This document shows, one piece after another, positions 18,534 to 27,188 of a DNA stretch of 64,000 nucleotides. The first letter of the stretch is position 1. Each line of letters opens with the position of its first letter. Location: NCBI GenBank assembly GCA_947575965.1, contig CANPPJ010000005.1, positions 14,819-78,818 of the forward strand. Reading direction: 5' to 3'. The notes under the pieces were generated by a model. It had not been told where the DNA came from, did no database searches, and was given only the letters and a program-made list of their open reading frames with translations. Source of the DNA: an uncultured Lactobacillus sp. Lineage in GTDB: Bacteria; Bacillota; Bacilli; Lactobacillales; Lactobacillaceae. The position numbers and the translations under genes are program-made.

Positions 18534-19160
18534 TTATTTTAATTCTCTTACAAAAGTACGGTCCGGTACTCTAATTAAATAGTATTTAGCTGCTGTCTTA
18601 CCAGCATGCATTCTTAATCCATTCTGCCAGTTTTTCTTATAGGTAGCTGTATAAGTAGCTACATATGCATTTTGATAGCGTGCATCTGCTTGAACTAATT
18701 GCTTAGATGAATAAGGAATAGCTCCCGCTTGAACAGACATTGGATTTTTTCCGTCAGAAATTGTAGCATAATTACTCGTAACAGTTACTCTGTTTCCGTT
18801 ACTATAAAAAGTATATGTCTGAATTGGAGTCTTTTTATTGTCAGATTTAGCGGTGACATAGTATGAGCGTTTATTGCCCGCTGTTAAAATTAATGGTTGA
18901 TATTCAATTTTACTAGATAAAACCTGTTTATTTTCTAAATCAGGATTGTAAAATAAAGTGATGCTAAACATATAGATCGCACCACATAAAAGAAGTAAAA
19001 CTTCTAAAATATCCAACAAGGTAGTTTTCCATTCAAAGCGTTTGCGATCTTTAACAATCATTATTAAGTGACGTTTTCGAATATTTTGTACAATAAAAAT
19101 TAAATATAAAACCAGGATTAACCAGGCCAAAATACCTAAAATATTCCATCCAAGTGTCAT
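18534..19160 (-). CDS. Conserved lactobacillus membrane protein (two N-terminal TM helices)
   Basis: RBS GGAGG; WNILG...QNIRKRHL N-terminus; 208 aa. Confidence 0.8.
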   Translation of the reverse strand: MTLGWNILGILAWLILVLYLIFIVQNIRKRHLIMIVKDRKRFEWKTTLLDILEVLLLLCGAIYMFSITLFYNPDLENKQVLSSKIEYQPLILTAGNKRSYYVTAKSDNKKTPIQTYTFYSNGNRVTVTSNYATISDGKNPMSVQAGAIPYSSKQLVQADARYQNAYVATYTATYKKNWQNGLRMHAGKTAAKYYLIRVPDRTFVRELK

Positions 19161-19289
19161 AAGGAACCTCCATTTTCTTTAAGTTAAGTATACGGTACTT
19201 ATTGCCGTTTTTAAAACTTTTTTTGATTTGACTTTAACTTTAAAAATCGCGACAATTGAATATGTAGAAGGTAGTTTTGGTGTATAACA

Positions 19290-19763
19290 ATGGGCAAAAC
19301 TATGGTAAAAATAGCTTTTTATACAATTACGGGACAAACGCAACGGTTCATAGATAAGACAGGGCTTGATGCACATCGGATTGAGGATGCTCATCCCCAA
19401 TATCAAATGAATGATAAATATATTTTGATTTTACCTTCATATCAAGACTTTATGATGGATTCAGTTGTTGACTTTTTAACATATAAAGATAATAAAAAAA
19501 ATCTTTTAGGATTAATTGGATGTGGTAATCGTAACTTTAACGATCTTTTTGCCCAAACGGCAAAAAAAATTTCCATTACATTGCATGTTCCTATTCTTTA
19601 CTTATTAGAACTTAGTGGCAATTCGACCGATGTCAAAAATGTACGTCAAATTGTTATGGAAGCTCGAAAAAAAGAAAAAGGTGCACAAAAGGATTTACCG
19701 ATCCAAAATCCAGCTCTTAACAATATTAGTTTTTTAAGTGATTTCAGGCAAAAAAATGAATAA
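19290..19763 (+). CDS. nrdI: NrdI flavodoxin-like protein (start may be 19302)
   Basis: YTITGQTQRF, ILILPSY, GCGNRNF and ELSG motifs. Confidence 0.88.
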   Translation: MGKTMVKIAFYTITGQTQRFIDKTGLDAHRIEDAHPQYQMNDKYILILPSYQDFMMDSVVDFLTYKDNKKNLLGLIGCGNRNFNDLFAQTAKKISITLHVPILYLLELSGNSTDVKNVRQIVMEARKKEKGAQKDLPIQNPALNNISFLSDFRQKNE

Positions 19764-20697
19764 AAAATCTTATTATAAAGCAAATAACTGGAACACTGTA
19801 GAAGATCAAGTAGATCGTTCTGCTTGGGCGAGGTTAAATGATATTGTCTATGAACCTCGCCGTGTTCCAATTTACAAAGATCAGAAAGAGTTTCTTCATC
19901 TTCCTAAAAACGAACAAACTGTGATTTTGCACAGTTTCGGTTCTTTAACGCTCTCTTCTACTCTCCAAATGAAGGTAGCTCTATCCGAAATAAAAAAAGA
20001 TGCTGAAAATTCTGAAGAAGTTGCTGTATATAATGCACTTCAATACCTCGAATCAATTAATAATAAAGCATACAGTCATGTATTAGCTGAATTTTCTAAC
20101 TCTAAAAATCAAGATGAAGCCTATGAATGGGCAAATCAAAATCCTTACCTACAAAAAAAGATGAAACTTCTGAATACAGTATATCAATCAGAAAATGCTA
20201 TTCAGAAAAAAGCTGCTCATGTTTTTCTCTCAACTAGCCTTTATCATTCATCGTTTTTTGGCCCATTATATTTATTCGGACAGCATAAATTGCCAAGAAC
20301 TGCCGAATTGATTAAGTATGCTCTTAGAATTACAACTTTAAATGGTATTTATACGGGAATTAAGTTTCGGCGAGATTTTTTCAAACTTTCTAAGAAAGAG
20401 CAGAAAAAAGTTCATGATTGGGTACATGACTTATGTGATAAATTATATGACAATGAGCTTAACCATATTAAATTATTGTATAAACATACTGATCTAGAAG
20501 ATAAGGTTGAGCATTATATTCATTACACATTAAATAAAGCTCTTATGAATTTAGGCCAAGAGCCAAAGTACCCAGAAAATGTTGAGACTTTAGATCCAAT
20601 TTTGACAACTGGTCTGATGGAAAGTGCAATGATTGAGGATTTCTTCTTTTATACTAATGCCCACCCCATCCTAAAAATGCGTGAAATAAAAAAATAA
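19756..20697 (+). CDS. Ribonucleotide reductase beta-subunit (NrdF/R2) homologue lacking most metal ligands
   Basis: YYKANNWN, NPYLQKK, LYDNE and NKALMNLG match NrdF. Overlaps the nrdI stop by 8 nt. Confidence 0.85.
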   Translation: MNKKSYYKANNWNTVEDQVDRSAWARLNDIVYEPRRVPIYKDQKEFLHLPKNEQTVILHSFGSLTLSSTLQMKVALSEIKKDAENSEEVAVYNALQYLESINNKAYSHVLAEFSNSKNQDEAYEWANQNPYLQKKMKLLNTVYQSENAIQKKAAHVFLSTSLYHSSFFGPLYLFGQHKLPRTAELIKYALRITTLNGIYTGIKFRRDFFKLSKKEQKKVHDWVHDLCDKLYDNELNHIKLLYKHTDLEDKVEHYIHYTLNKALMNLGQEPKYPENVETLDPILTTGLMESAMIEDFFFYTNAHPILKMREIKK

Positions 20698-20728
20698 GGA
20701 GTTAGCATTAATGCTAGCTCCTTATTTT
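20691..20728. terminator. Bidirectional terminator closing the nrdI-nrdF-like unit
   Basis: AAAATAAGGAGTTAGCAT-TA-ATGCTAGCTCCTTATTTT overlapping both stop codons. Confidence 0.8.
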
Positions 20729-21207
20729 GTCTCCTTAGTTTTTGACTCTAGTTTTTGATAATTACGAATCACTTCAATTTTCTCTTCAATTGCTTTAACT
20801 AGTAACGCACTATACTTTTCTGGCTCGGCTACAATTTCATCACTTGAGCCCAGAATATCAATTCGGAAATGAGAAACATTTACATATTCTGAAATAGTTT
20901 CAAAATAAATATTTACTTCATATTCATCCTCATTGTTACAAAAGTTGCTAATTTTTTTGTAGTTGGCAAATGGAAGATTAATGATGTTACTTTCAAGGGC
21001 AAAAGTCATGGGTCTTCTCCCACTAATGGCCAGCTGCGTTTGAATGAGTGAGTTATGTTTAAAAGCTTGCACAGCTTCATTAATCATTTTAGTTGCAATA
21101 TTTTTTAATTTTGTCTTAGTGATTTCGCTATATTTAATTGTCTCAAGATCTTGAAGATAATCTTGTTCTTCAATTTTTTTAGTTATTTCTTCTTGTTTAA
21201 TTTTCAC
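20722..21207 (-). CDS. Conserved hypothetical protein
   Basis: 161-aa ORF with GTG start after AAAGGA. Confidence 0.75.
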   Translation of the reverse strand: MKIKQEEITKKIEEQDYLQDLETIKYSEITKTKLKNIATKMINEAVQAFKHNSLIQTQLAISGRRPMTFALESNIINLPFANYKKISNFCNNEDEYEVNIYFETISEYVNVSHFRIDILGSSDEIVAEPEKYSALLVKAIEEKIEVIRNYQKLESKTKETK

Positions 21208-21292
21208 GATAAAAATTCCTTTGTGTATCCTTTTTCATTACTAAGATACTCAATAAATCTTTTTCATGCAACTACAAAAATTAACTACTCGT

Positions 21293-21634
21293 CTAATCAA
21301 GTTGCAAAGCAAAACTAAGTAATTCCATTACTTTAAGCATATCTTCTGGCCTAAGATGGTCTGCTGGTTTTTCATCTAGCAATCTCATCCTAGAAAAAGT
21401 TTGAATTTGAGCTGCATTTACACGACCATGAATATGATATCCGAACAAGTCTAAGTAGGTAGGGAAATGATTGCCATGAGATGTAATTGGACAAACCATT
21501 AGGTAATTAGTCTTTTCATTATATGAATTAGACGATACTACTACAGCAGGATGCTTTCCCTTCATTTCTTGTCCAACTGACGGTGAGAAGTCCGCCCACA
21601 CAATATCTCCTTGTTTAAATTTATTCTTCGGCAT
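21293..21634 (-). CDS. mazF: Type II toxin, MazF/PemK endoribonuclease
   Basis: QGDIVWADFSPSVGQEMKGKHPAVVVS and VCPITS motifs; RBS GGAGG; overlaps the antitoxin gene. Confidence 0.9.
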   Translation of the reverse strand: MPKNKFKQGDIVWADFSPSVGQEMKGKHPAVVVSSNSYNEKTNYLMVCPITSHGNHFPTYLDLFGYHIHGRVNAAQIQTFSRMRLLDEKPADHLRPEDMLKVMELLSFALQLD

Positions 21635-21872
21635 GACGTAATTCCTCCATAGCCATATTTTCCCAAGCTTCCCTTTCTGGTCCTGGTACATCTTCAAATT
21701 TAGCATCGGAGGTATAAGGATTAGAAATTTTCGGTATTAAGATCAAACTTCCATCAGACTTCTGATGAATTGCATACTCAGTTCCCACTTCTACTTTAAA
21801 AGAAGCAGGTAGTGAAAAGCCAACTGAATTACCGACCTTTTGAGTTACAATATGATGAATAGATATTTTCAT
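21621..21872 (-). CDS. mazE: AbrB/MazE-type antitoxin
   Basis: KVGNSVGFSLP...DGSLILIPK; acidic tail; directly upstream of the toxin. Confidence 0.85.
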   Translation of the reverse strand: MKISIHHIVTQKVGNSVGFSLPASFKVEVGTEYAIHQKSDGSLILIPKISNPYTSDAKFEDVPGPEREAWENMAMEELRHAEE

Positions 21873-21916
21873 AAGTTTTTACCTCATTAAGTTACTTTCA
21901 AGGATATTGTAGTACT

Positions 21917-21954
21917 AAAAAAGACTAACTTTCAAAAGAAAGCTAGTCTTTTTT
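21917..21954 (-). terminator. Rho-independent terminator
   Basis: Minus strand GACTAGCTTTC-TTTT-GAAAGTTAGTC-TTTTTT. Confidence 0.85.
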
Positions 21955-22096
21955 GCGAGAAACATACAAAAGTATGTCAGGGTCTTTGTTTCACAGCCAA
22001 AGTAGCCCATCATCAGCACTTCCCGTGCTTTGACTTCTAAAGTCTAGATGATCTCTGTCAAAGAACGCATCTCGCGTTTTCCTCGACTCGTCGCAT
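21917..22096 (-). ncRNA. Candidate ~180-nt structured RNA of unknown family
   Basis: TATAAT at 22102-22107, a GC-rich multibranch fold and a terminator at 21917-21954. Confidence 0.55.
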
Positions 22097-22102
22097 CTAC
22101 TA

Positions 22103-22573
22103 TTATACTAAATTTTTCTTATTTTTTCTATTTTGGCGCTTCTTGAAAAAGATCTCTCCAATTAACTGCGCAAGCATAAAGCCCATCGCTATTGCTATCG
22201 TGACAATTGCTACCCGCAAGATCAGATCTTCTGCATCAGATAATTGACCTTCTACCATCGCACGGACTGCTTGATAGGCGGGGACACCAGGAACTAGGGG
22301 AACTACACCCGGAATATTAAAAACGGTTACCGGACACTTTTTAATACGAGCAAATACCAAACCTAGAATTCCAACACAGAGCGCCCCTAAAAGATTAGAT
22401 CCTAATCGTCCAACACCAATTCGATTTGCTAGCCAATATAGAATCCAACCTGCACTTCCGCTAATGCCGCACAAAATTAAGGCACGGTGCGGAACGTTAA
22501 TAATTAGACCAAACCCTACAGCTGCAAGCCACGCAAATACCAAATTAATAATTATCTCTAACCAAAAAGGCAT
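22103..22573 (-). CDS. Threonine/serine exporter family, small subunit (ThrE_2/YjjB-like)
   Basis: IPGVVPLVPG motif; TAATG coupling to the upstream gene. Confidence 0.85.
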   Translation of the reverse strand: MPFWLEIIINLVFAWLAAVGFGLIINVPHRALILCGISGSAGWILYWLANRIGVGRLGSNLLGALCVGILGLVFARIKKCPVTVFNIPGVVPLVPGVPAYQAVRAMVEGQLSDAEDLILRVAIVTIAIAMGFMLAQLIGEIFFKKRQNRKNKKNLV

Positions 22574-23355
22574 TACATCACACCCCACAACAACTTAATT
22601 GCAATACCAATTCCGCCACCCAAAGCAATTGCTGTTAGAATGGCCTCTGTTGTTCGAGCCATTCCTGATAATAAATCGCCACCAAACAGGTCACGCAATG
22701 CGTTAGTGATTGCTACACCAGGCACTAAAGTCATCAAAGAACCAATCAAAATATTATCAACGACAAGCTTAGGGAAGATCTTACACGTCAAAATAGTAAT
22801 AACACCCATAAATATTGCAGTTACCATCTCAGCTAAAAAACGAATATTAGTATAGCGCTTAATAGCTAAATAAAGTGCATAGGATACACCACCAATTACA
22901 GCAGCTGCCGGGAAATCAATCCAATCATAATCATCCATAAACAAGACCATTAAAGTAGGACTTAAAATAGCAGCCCCAATAATTTGAAGCCAAATTGGAA
23001 AATCTGGAATCGAAATGGAAACCTGTTTTAAACGCTCTTGTAATTCCTTTAATGTTATTTCTTTAGCCGCAAATTCGCGTGATAATTCATTAACCCGGTC
23101 TACTAATTCCAAGTTGATATTTCTTTTCTTAACTTGTGTAACCTGAGTATAAGAGTGTTCACCCAAACTCATAAAAATTCCGGTTGGAGTTGTAAAACAT
23201 CTCGCACCAGTAATTCCTGCATTACGTGCTATTCTCATCATCGTATCTTCAACTCGATACGTTTCACTACCGCCTTCAATCATTAATCTACCAGCTTTTA
23301 AGCAAGTATCTAAAACCTCAGCAGCATAATCTTGGCTTACCCGCTCTTTATCCAT
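22573..23355 (-). CDS. Threonine/serine exporter family protein (ThrE/YjjP-like)
   Basis: GSETYRVEDT and LVPGVAITNALRDL motifs. Confidence 0.9.
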   Translation of the reverse strand: MDKERVSQDYAAEVLDTCLKAGRLMIEGGSETYRVEDTMMRIARNAGITGARCFTTPTGIFMSLGEHSYTQVTQVKKRNINLELVDRVNELSREFAAKEITLKELQERLKQVSISIPDFPIWLQIIGAAILSPTLMVLFMDDYDWIDFPAAAVIGGVSYALYLAIKRYTNIRFLAEMVTAIFMGVITILTCKIFPKLVVDNILIGSLMTLVPGVAITNALRDLFGGDLLSGMARTTEAILTAIALGGGIGIAIKLLWGVM

Positions 23356-23371
23356 TTCAATCCTCTAACTG

Positions 23372-24919
23372 TTATTCATTATTCATTTTCTCAATGTCAA
23401 TCGTCTTATCCACCCAATTTCCTCTAAAGAAATCTCTTTCGTGGCTAACAATAATTACCCCACCATTAAATTCAACAATTGCCTTTCTTAAAGAATCTTT
23501 TGTAGCAATATCTAAGTGATTTGTTGGTTCATCTAAGAATAGTAAATTAGATGGTTCAAACTGCATCTTAGCTAGCTTAACCTTCTCTTGTTCTCCACCA
23601 GAAAGTTCTTTTAAAGGACTCATAGCCTGCTGTGCAGTTAACCCCATTCTCGCTAAAGCTTGACGTAATTCTCTAGGACGCAAACGTGGAAATTCTTCTT
23701 GTAAATATTGCAAAGGAGTCATATTTTTATTAGGCCAAGCTAAATCTTGTTGAAAATAAGCAAGCTTAGCTGTTGAAGATAATTCAAAATTACCATAGAT
23801 TGGTTTTAACTTTCCTAGTAAAGTCTTTAGCAGTGTAGTTTTTCCGATTCCATTAAAACCCGTTACAGCTACCTTTTCTCCATTTCCAACAGAAAAGTTA
23901 AATGCCGATTTTACTAAGGCCTGATCATATCCAATTACTAAATCTTGAGTTTGCAAAAGCAAGTTCGATGCAGTATCAACATAAGGGAAAAGGACATGGG
24001 CCTTTTTGTTATTTTGTGGTGGCGTTAAAATCTCCATCTTCGCTAGCTGCTTTTCCCGCGATTTGGCGCTTTTAGATCTAGAACCCGCCTTATTCTTTCT
24101 AATATATGCCTCAGTCTTTTGAATTTTTCTCTGCTGGTTAGCATAAGCCTTTAAATAACTTTCTCGGTCAGCTTCCTTTTGACGAAGTGCATGCTTTAAA
24201 TCACCTGTATAGCGCGTAATAGTTCCAAAATCAATGTCAATAATACAATTAGTGATCCTACCTAAAAAGTCATAATCGTGCGAAGCGACGATAAAAGCTC
24301 CCTCAAAGTTATTCAAATAGTCAGCAAGCCAGTCAATATGATTAACATCTAAGTAGTTTGTCGGCTCATCTAACACCAATACGTCTGGATTTTGTAAAAG
24401 CAACTTTGCCAAGATCAATTTAGATCTTTGTCCGCCAGAAAGTTTTGATACATCCCGACTATAACCCAAATCCGCTAATCCTAACCCTGTCGCTACGCGG
24501 TCAATTTTGGTATCAATATCGTAAAATTCTTTTTCCTCAAGTAAAGTCTGAATCTTACCTGCCTTTTCTAAGAGAGTTTCATCCCCATTTTCACCATATT
24601 TCACATAGAGTTCATTTAATTCTTTTTCTTTATCAAAAAGATCACTAAAGGCAGTCTGCAAAAATTGCTTAAGCTCTAAACCTTCTTCAAGCTTGGCATA
24701 TTGATCTAGGTACCCAACGTGAATTTTATTTTGCCATTTAACTTCACCATCATCTTGCGTGATTTCACCAGTCAAAATCTTAATTAAAGTTGATTTACCA
24801 ACTCCGTTTTGCCCTGTTACCCCCATATGGTCTTCTTTATTTAAGACAAAATTTGCGTCTTCATATAAAGTTTTATCAATAAATGTCTGACTTAAATTTT
24901 TAACTGTTAGTAAACTCAT
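23372..24919 (-). CDS. ABC-F family ATPase
   Basis: Two NBDs (GQNGVGKS/LSGGQ/LDEPTNYLD and GFNGIGKT/LSGGE/LDEPTNHLD), an interdomain linker and no TM segments. Confidence 0.92.
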   Translation of the reverse strand: MSLLTVKNLSQTFIDKTLYEDANFVLNKEDHMGVTGQNGVGKSTLIKILTGEITQDDGEVKWQNKIHVGYLDQYAKLEEGLELKQFLQTAFSDLFDKEKELNELYVKYGENGDETLLEKAGKIQTLLEEKEFYDIDTKIDRVATGLGLADLGYSRDVSKLSGGQRSKLILAKLLLQNPDVLVLDEPTNYLDVNHIDWLADYLNNFEGAFIVASHDYDFLGRITNCIIDIDFGTITRYTGDLKHALRQKEADRESYLKAYANQQRKIQKTEAYIRKNKAGSRSKSAKSREKQLAKMEILTPPQNNKKAHVLFPYVDTASNLLLQTQDLVIGYDQALVKSAFNFSVGNGEKVAVTGFNGIGKTTLLKTLLGKLKPIYGNFELSSTAKLAYFQQDLAWPNKNMTPLQYLQEEFPRLRPRELRQALARMGLTAQQAMSPLKELSGGEQEKVKLAKMQFEPSNLLFLDEPTNHLDIATKDSLRKAIVEFNGGVIIVSHERDFFRGNWVDKTIDIEKMNNE

Positions 24920-25302
24920 TATTTTCTCTCTTTTTCGTTTGATAATTGACGCTGTCGATCATATTCTTGAAGCGCATTTAAGACTTTTGGCCACTGTCTT
25001 TTAGGAATAATCAATTGAAGCTTATTGTGATAAATTGGGAAATCACTAGCCTTCATACCAGTTATAGTGGCAAGTTCTTCGTCTGTTAAGTGATATTTAG
25101 CTACAATTGCCTTAATTTCATAAGAAGCATGCCCTCTAAAATATGACAGAACATAAAAGAAAGCCGCAAAAATTCCAGCACTTAAAATAGCCATCGATAC
25201 AGAAAAATGGAAGGTTCTCTGTGCAATAAAAAACACTGCAATAAATGCAATAAGGGCTGATATTACCCCATAAATAACTGGAAAATACTTAGTTTGTTTC
25301 AT
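24919..25302 (-). CDS. Hypothetical membrane protein
   Basis: Two N-terminal TM helices; stop overlaps the ABC-F start. Confidence 0.75.
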   Translation of the reverse strand: MKQTKYFPVIYGVISALIAFIAVFFIAQRTFHFSVSMAILSAGIFAAFFYVLSYFRGHASYEIKAIVAKYHLTDEELATITGMKASDFPIYHNKLQLIIPKRQWPKVLNALQEYDRQRQLSNEKERK

Positions 25303-25524
25303 TTTTCATCATCCTTTTTATTACACTGATCTTTCAAATATTACATTAAATTTACGTAATTGAAGTTTTTGTAAAAAAATGTAAATTTCGCTTTAATTTA
25401 CTGCAATAATCTTCTTCTATAATACAGTTTGTTAAGTAAATTAAAAATAACTTTTTAAATATCACTAGTGTAACATGATTATCATTTAATTATTACTAGA
25501 TTTAAACTTAAAGGAGTAAACACT

Positions 25525-25788
25525 TTGACGCACAAGAAGGGAATTTCAACAGCGCTTATTGTATTATTAGGCTTTAGCTTTTTAACTAATTCAGTTACCA
25601 CTTCTCAGGCAGCTGATCAAGATACTAATTTTAATGTGTCTAAAAGCCTAGTTGAAAATACCATTAAACCAACTCTCCTAAGTAAAAAGTTCAAAGAAGA
25701 TCAAATAAAAGAAGAAAAGGAAAATAAGTTAGCCGATATCAAGTTTGAAGAAAAAAGACTTAGTCAAGAAACCACAATTCTGAATTAG
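25525..25788 (+). pseudogene. Short, probably truncated secreted protein
   Basis: RBS AAGGAG, TTG start and signal peptide (..SQA-AD), followed by a charged stalk that stops with no catalytic domain. Confidence 0.4.
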
Positions 25789-25900
25789 ATAACTAAAACT
25801 TTACAAACAACAGTTGCAGTTACGGGTTAAAATCACTAAGATAGAATCATCAACAGATATACTAAAAAAAGCAATTAGCATTTCGCTAGCTGCTTTTTAC

Positions 25901-27025
25901 TTAATTACCATCCCATGGAATAGTGTCAGAATCTTTGTCGTAAATCACATAATTTCTGAAGTCTTCTGGATCATTCCAATTTAAACCTTGCTGCAGACTA
26001 TTTTGTCTTATTTCTTGGTTATGGAGTTTTTCCTGTTTTAATCCTAAACTAGAACGAACTAGATCCGATACGCGTTGTAGTTCCTTTGTAGAGGCCACTT
26101 GCATCGCTGCAGCTCCAATCCAAACATTATGTCCTTGAATATAGCCACTCTTAATATTTTGAGTACATCCGCGATAATTCATTGCAATTGAAAGCATATC
26201 ATCAAAAGTCAGATTAGTTTTAACATACTTGGCAAAGACCTTAAGAATCTTGCGATAGTTAGTAATTGAATTAACTGACATCCCTTTACGTACAATGTCA
26301 TTAATTACCTGTCTTTGTCTCATTTGTCGACCGTAATCACCTTTTGGATCTTCTTTACGCATCCGCACATAGTCTAAGGCCTCTTTACCATTTAAGTGCT
26401 GCTTTCCTTTCTTAAAATGCGTGTGATAAGTAAAGGTAAACGGCACATTAACATCTACTCCGCCCAAAGCTTCTACCATACTTTCTAGAGCCTTCATATT
26501 AACTTCCATATAGTAGCTAATTGGTGCATTTAAAAGTGCTTTTACTGTCCGCGTTGCTCCTTTGCTTCCGCCAACTTGATAAGCAGAGTTAACCCGGAAC
26601 ATGTAGTACTTCCCTTCTCCGCGTCCATCACCTTTGATATCGGCTAACAAGTCCCTAGGAATTGAGGTCATTGTTGCTTCTTTTTTCTCTGGATTCATAG
26701 TGGCTAAGATCATCGTATCGGAATTTCCCCGGTCATGCCTGCCTTCAATTCCTTGATCGACGCCAAGAATTAGAATTGAAATTGGCTTTTTCTGAGAAAT
26801 CAATTGCGAAGTTTTTCCTGTTCCTCGATAAGCTTGTTGTACTGAACTCATAGCCGAGAAATATGCATGAGCAAAGTAAGCTACACTTCCACAGACAAGT
26901 AAAATTGATAAGAGACCTACCAAACGAGCAAAATTATTTCCATTTTTATAATCCTTTTTACTAGCCGCAAACACATTATTTCTTTTTAATTTTTTGCTTG
27001 GTCTCCTGGGTTCCTCAGGTCTCAT
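25901..27025 (-). CDS. LCP (LytR-CpsA-Psr) family glycopolymer transferase
   Basis: N-terminal TM; LILGVD, SDTMIL, SIPRD, YVRMR and GDYGRQMRQ motifs. Confidence 0.92.
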   Translation of the reverse strand: MRPEEPRRPSKKLKRNNVFAASKKDYKNGNNFARLVGLLSILLVCGSVAYFAHAYFSAMSSVQQAYRGTGKTSQLISQKKPISILILGVDQGIEGRHDRGNSDTMILATMNPEKKEATMTSIPRDLLADIKGDGRGEGKYYMFRVNSAYQVGGSKGATRTVKALLNAPISYYMEVNMKALESMVEALGGVDVNVPFTFTYHTHFKKGKQHLNGKEALDYVRMRKEDPKGDYGRQMRQRQVINDIVRKGMSVNSITNYRKILKVFAKYVKTNLTFDDMLSIAMNYRGCTQNIKSGYIQGHNVWIGAAAMQVASTKELQRVSDLVRSSLGLKQEKLHNQEIRQNSLQQGLNWNDPEDFRNYVIYDKDSDTIPWDGN

Positions 27026-27188
27026 TGATTTTTAACTCCTCTGACAATCAGCTTACCTTTTCATAATACAAAATCACTTAGTTAAGCGCATTAAATTCAT
27101 TATTAAAAAATTTTTATTTTTTAGCAAGCGAAATAATGTTCTATAATGATGATTAATAAAAATTATCTAGCAGAAAGAAGGAAAAGAT

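Noticed and set aside
19170-19300. NrdR box upstream of nrdI
   Set aside because: No convincing match to the ACACWATATATWGTGT-type palindrome.
21970-22030. SRP RNA or 6S RNA identity for the structured element
   Set aside because: TGTCAGG is not followed by the SRP CCGGAAGGAAGCAGC motif, and the fold is multibranched rather than a 6S-like rod.
21985-22050. Hammerhead-like core (CTGATGA...GAAA) on the minus strand
   Set aside because: Stem II would open with U-U and G-G mismatches instead of the conserved G-C pair, and the stem III partner reads TCTTTGAC, lacking the required UH. An alternative fold explains the region better.
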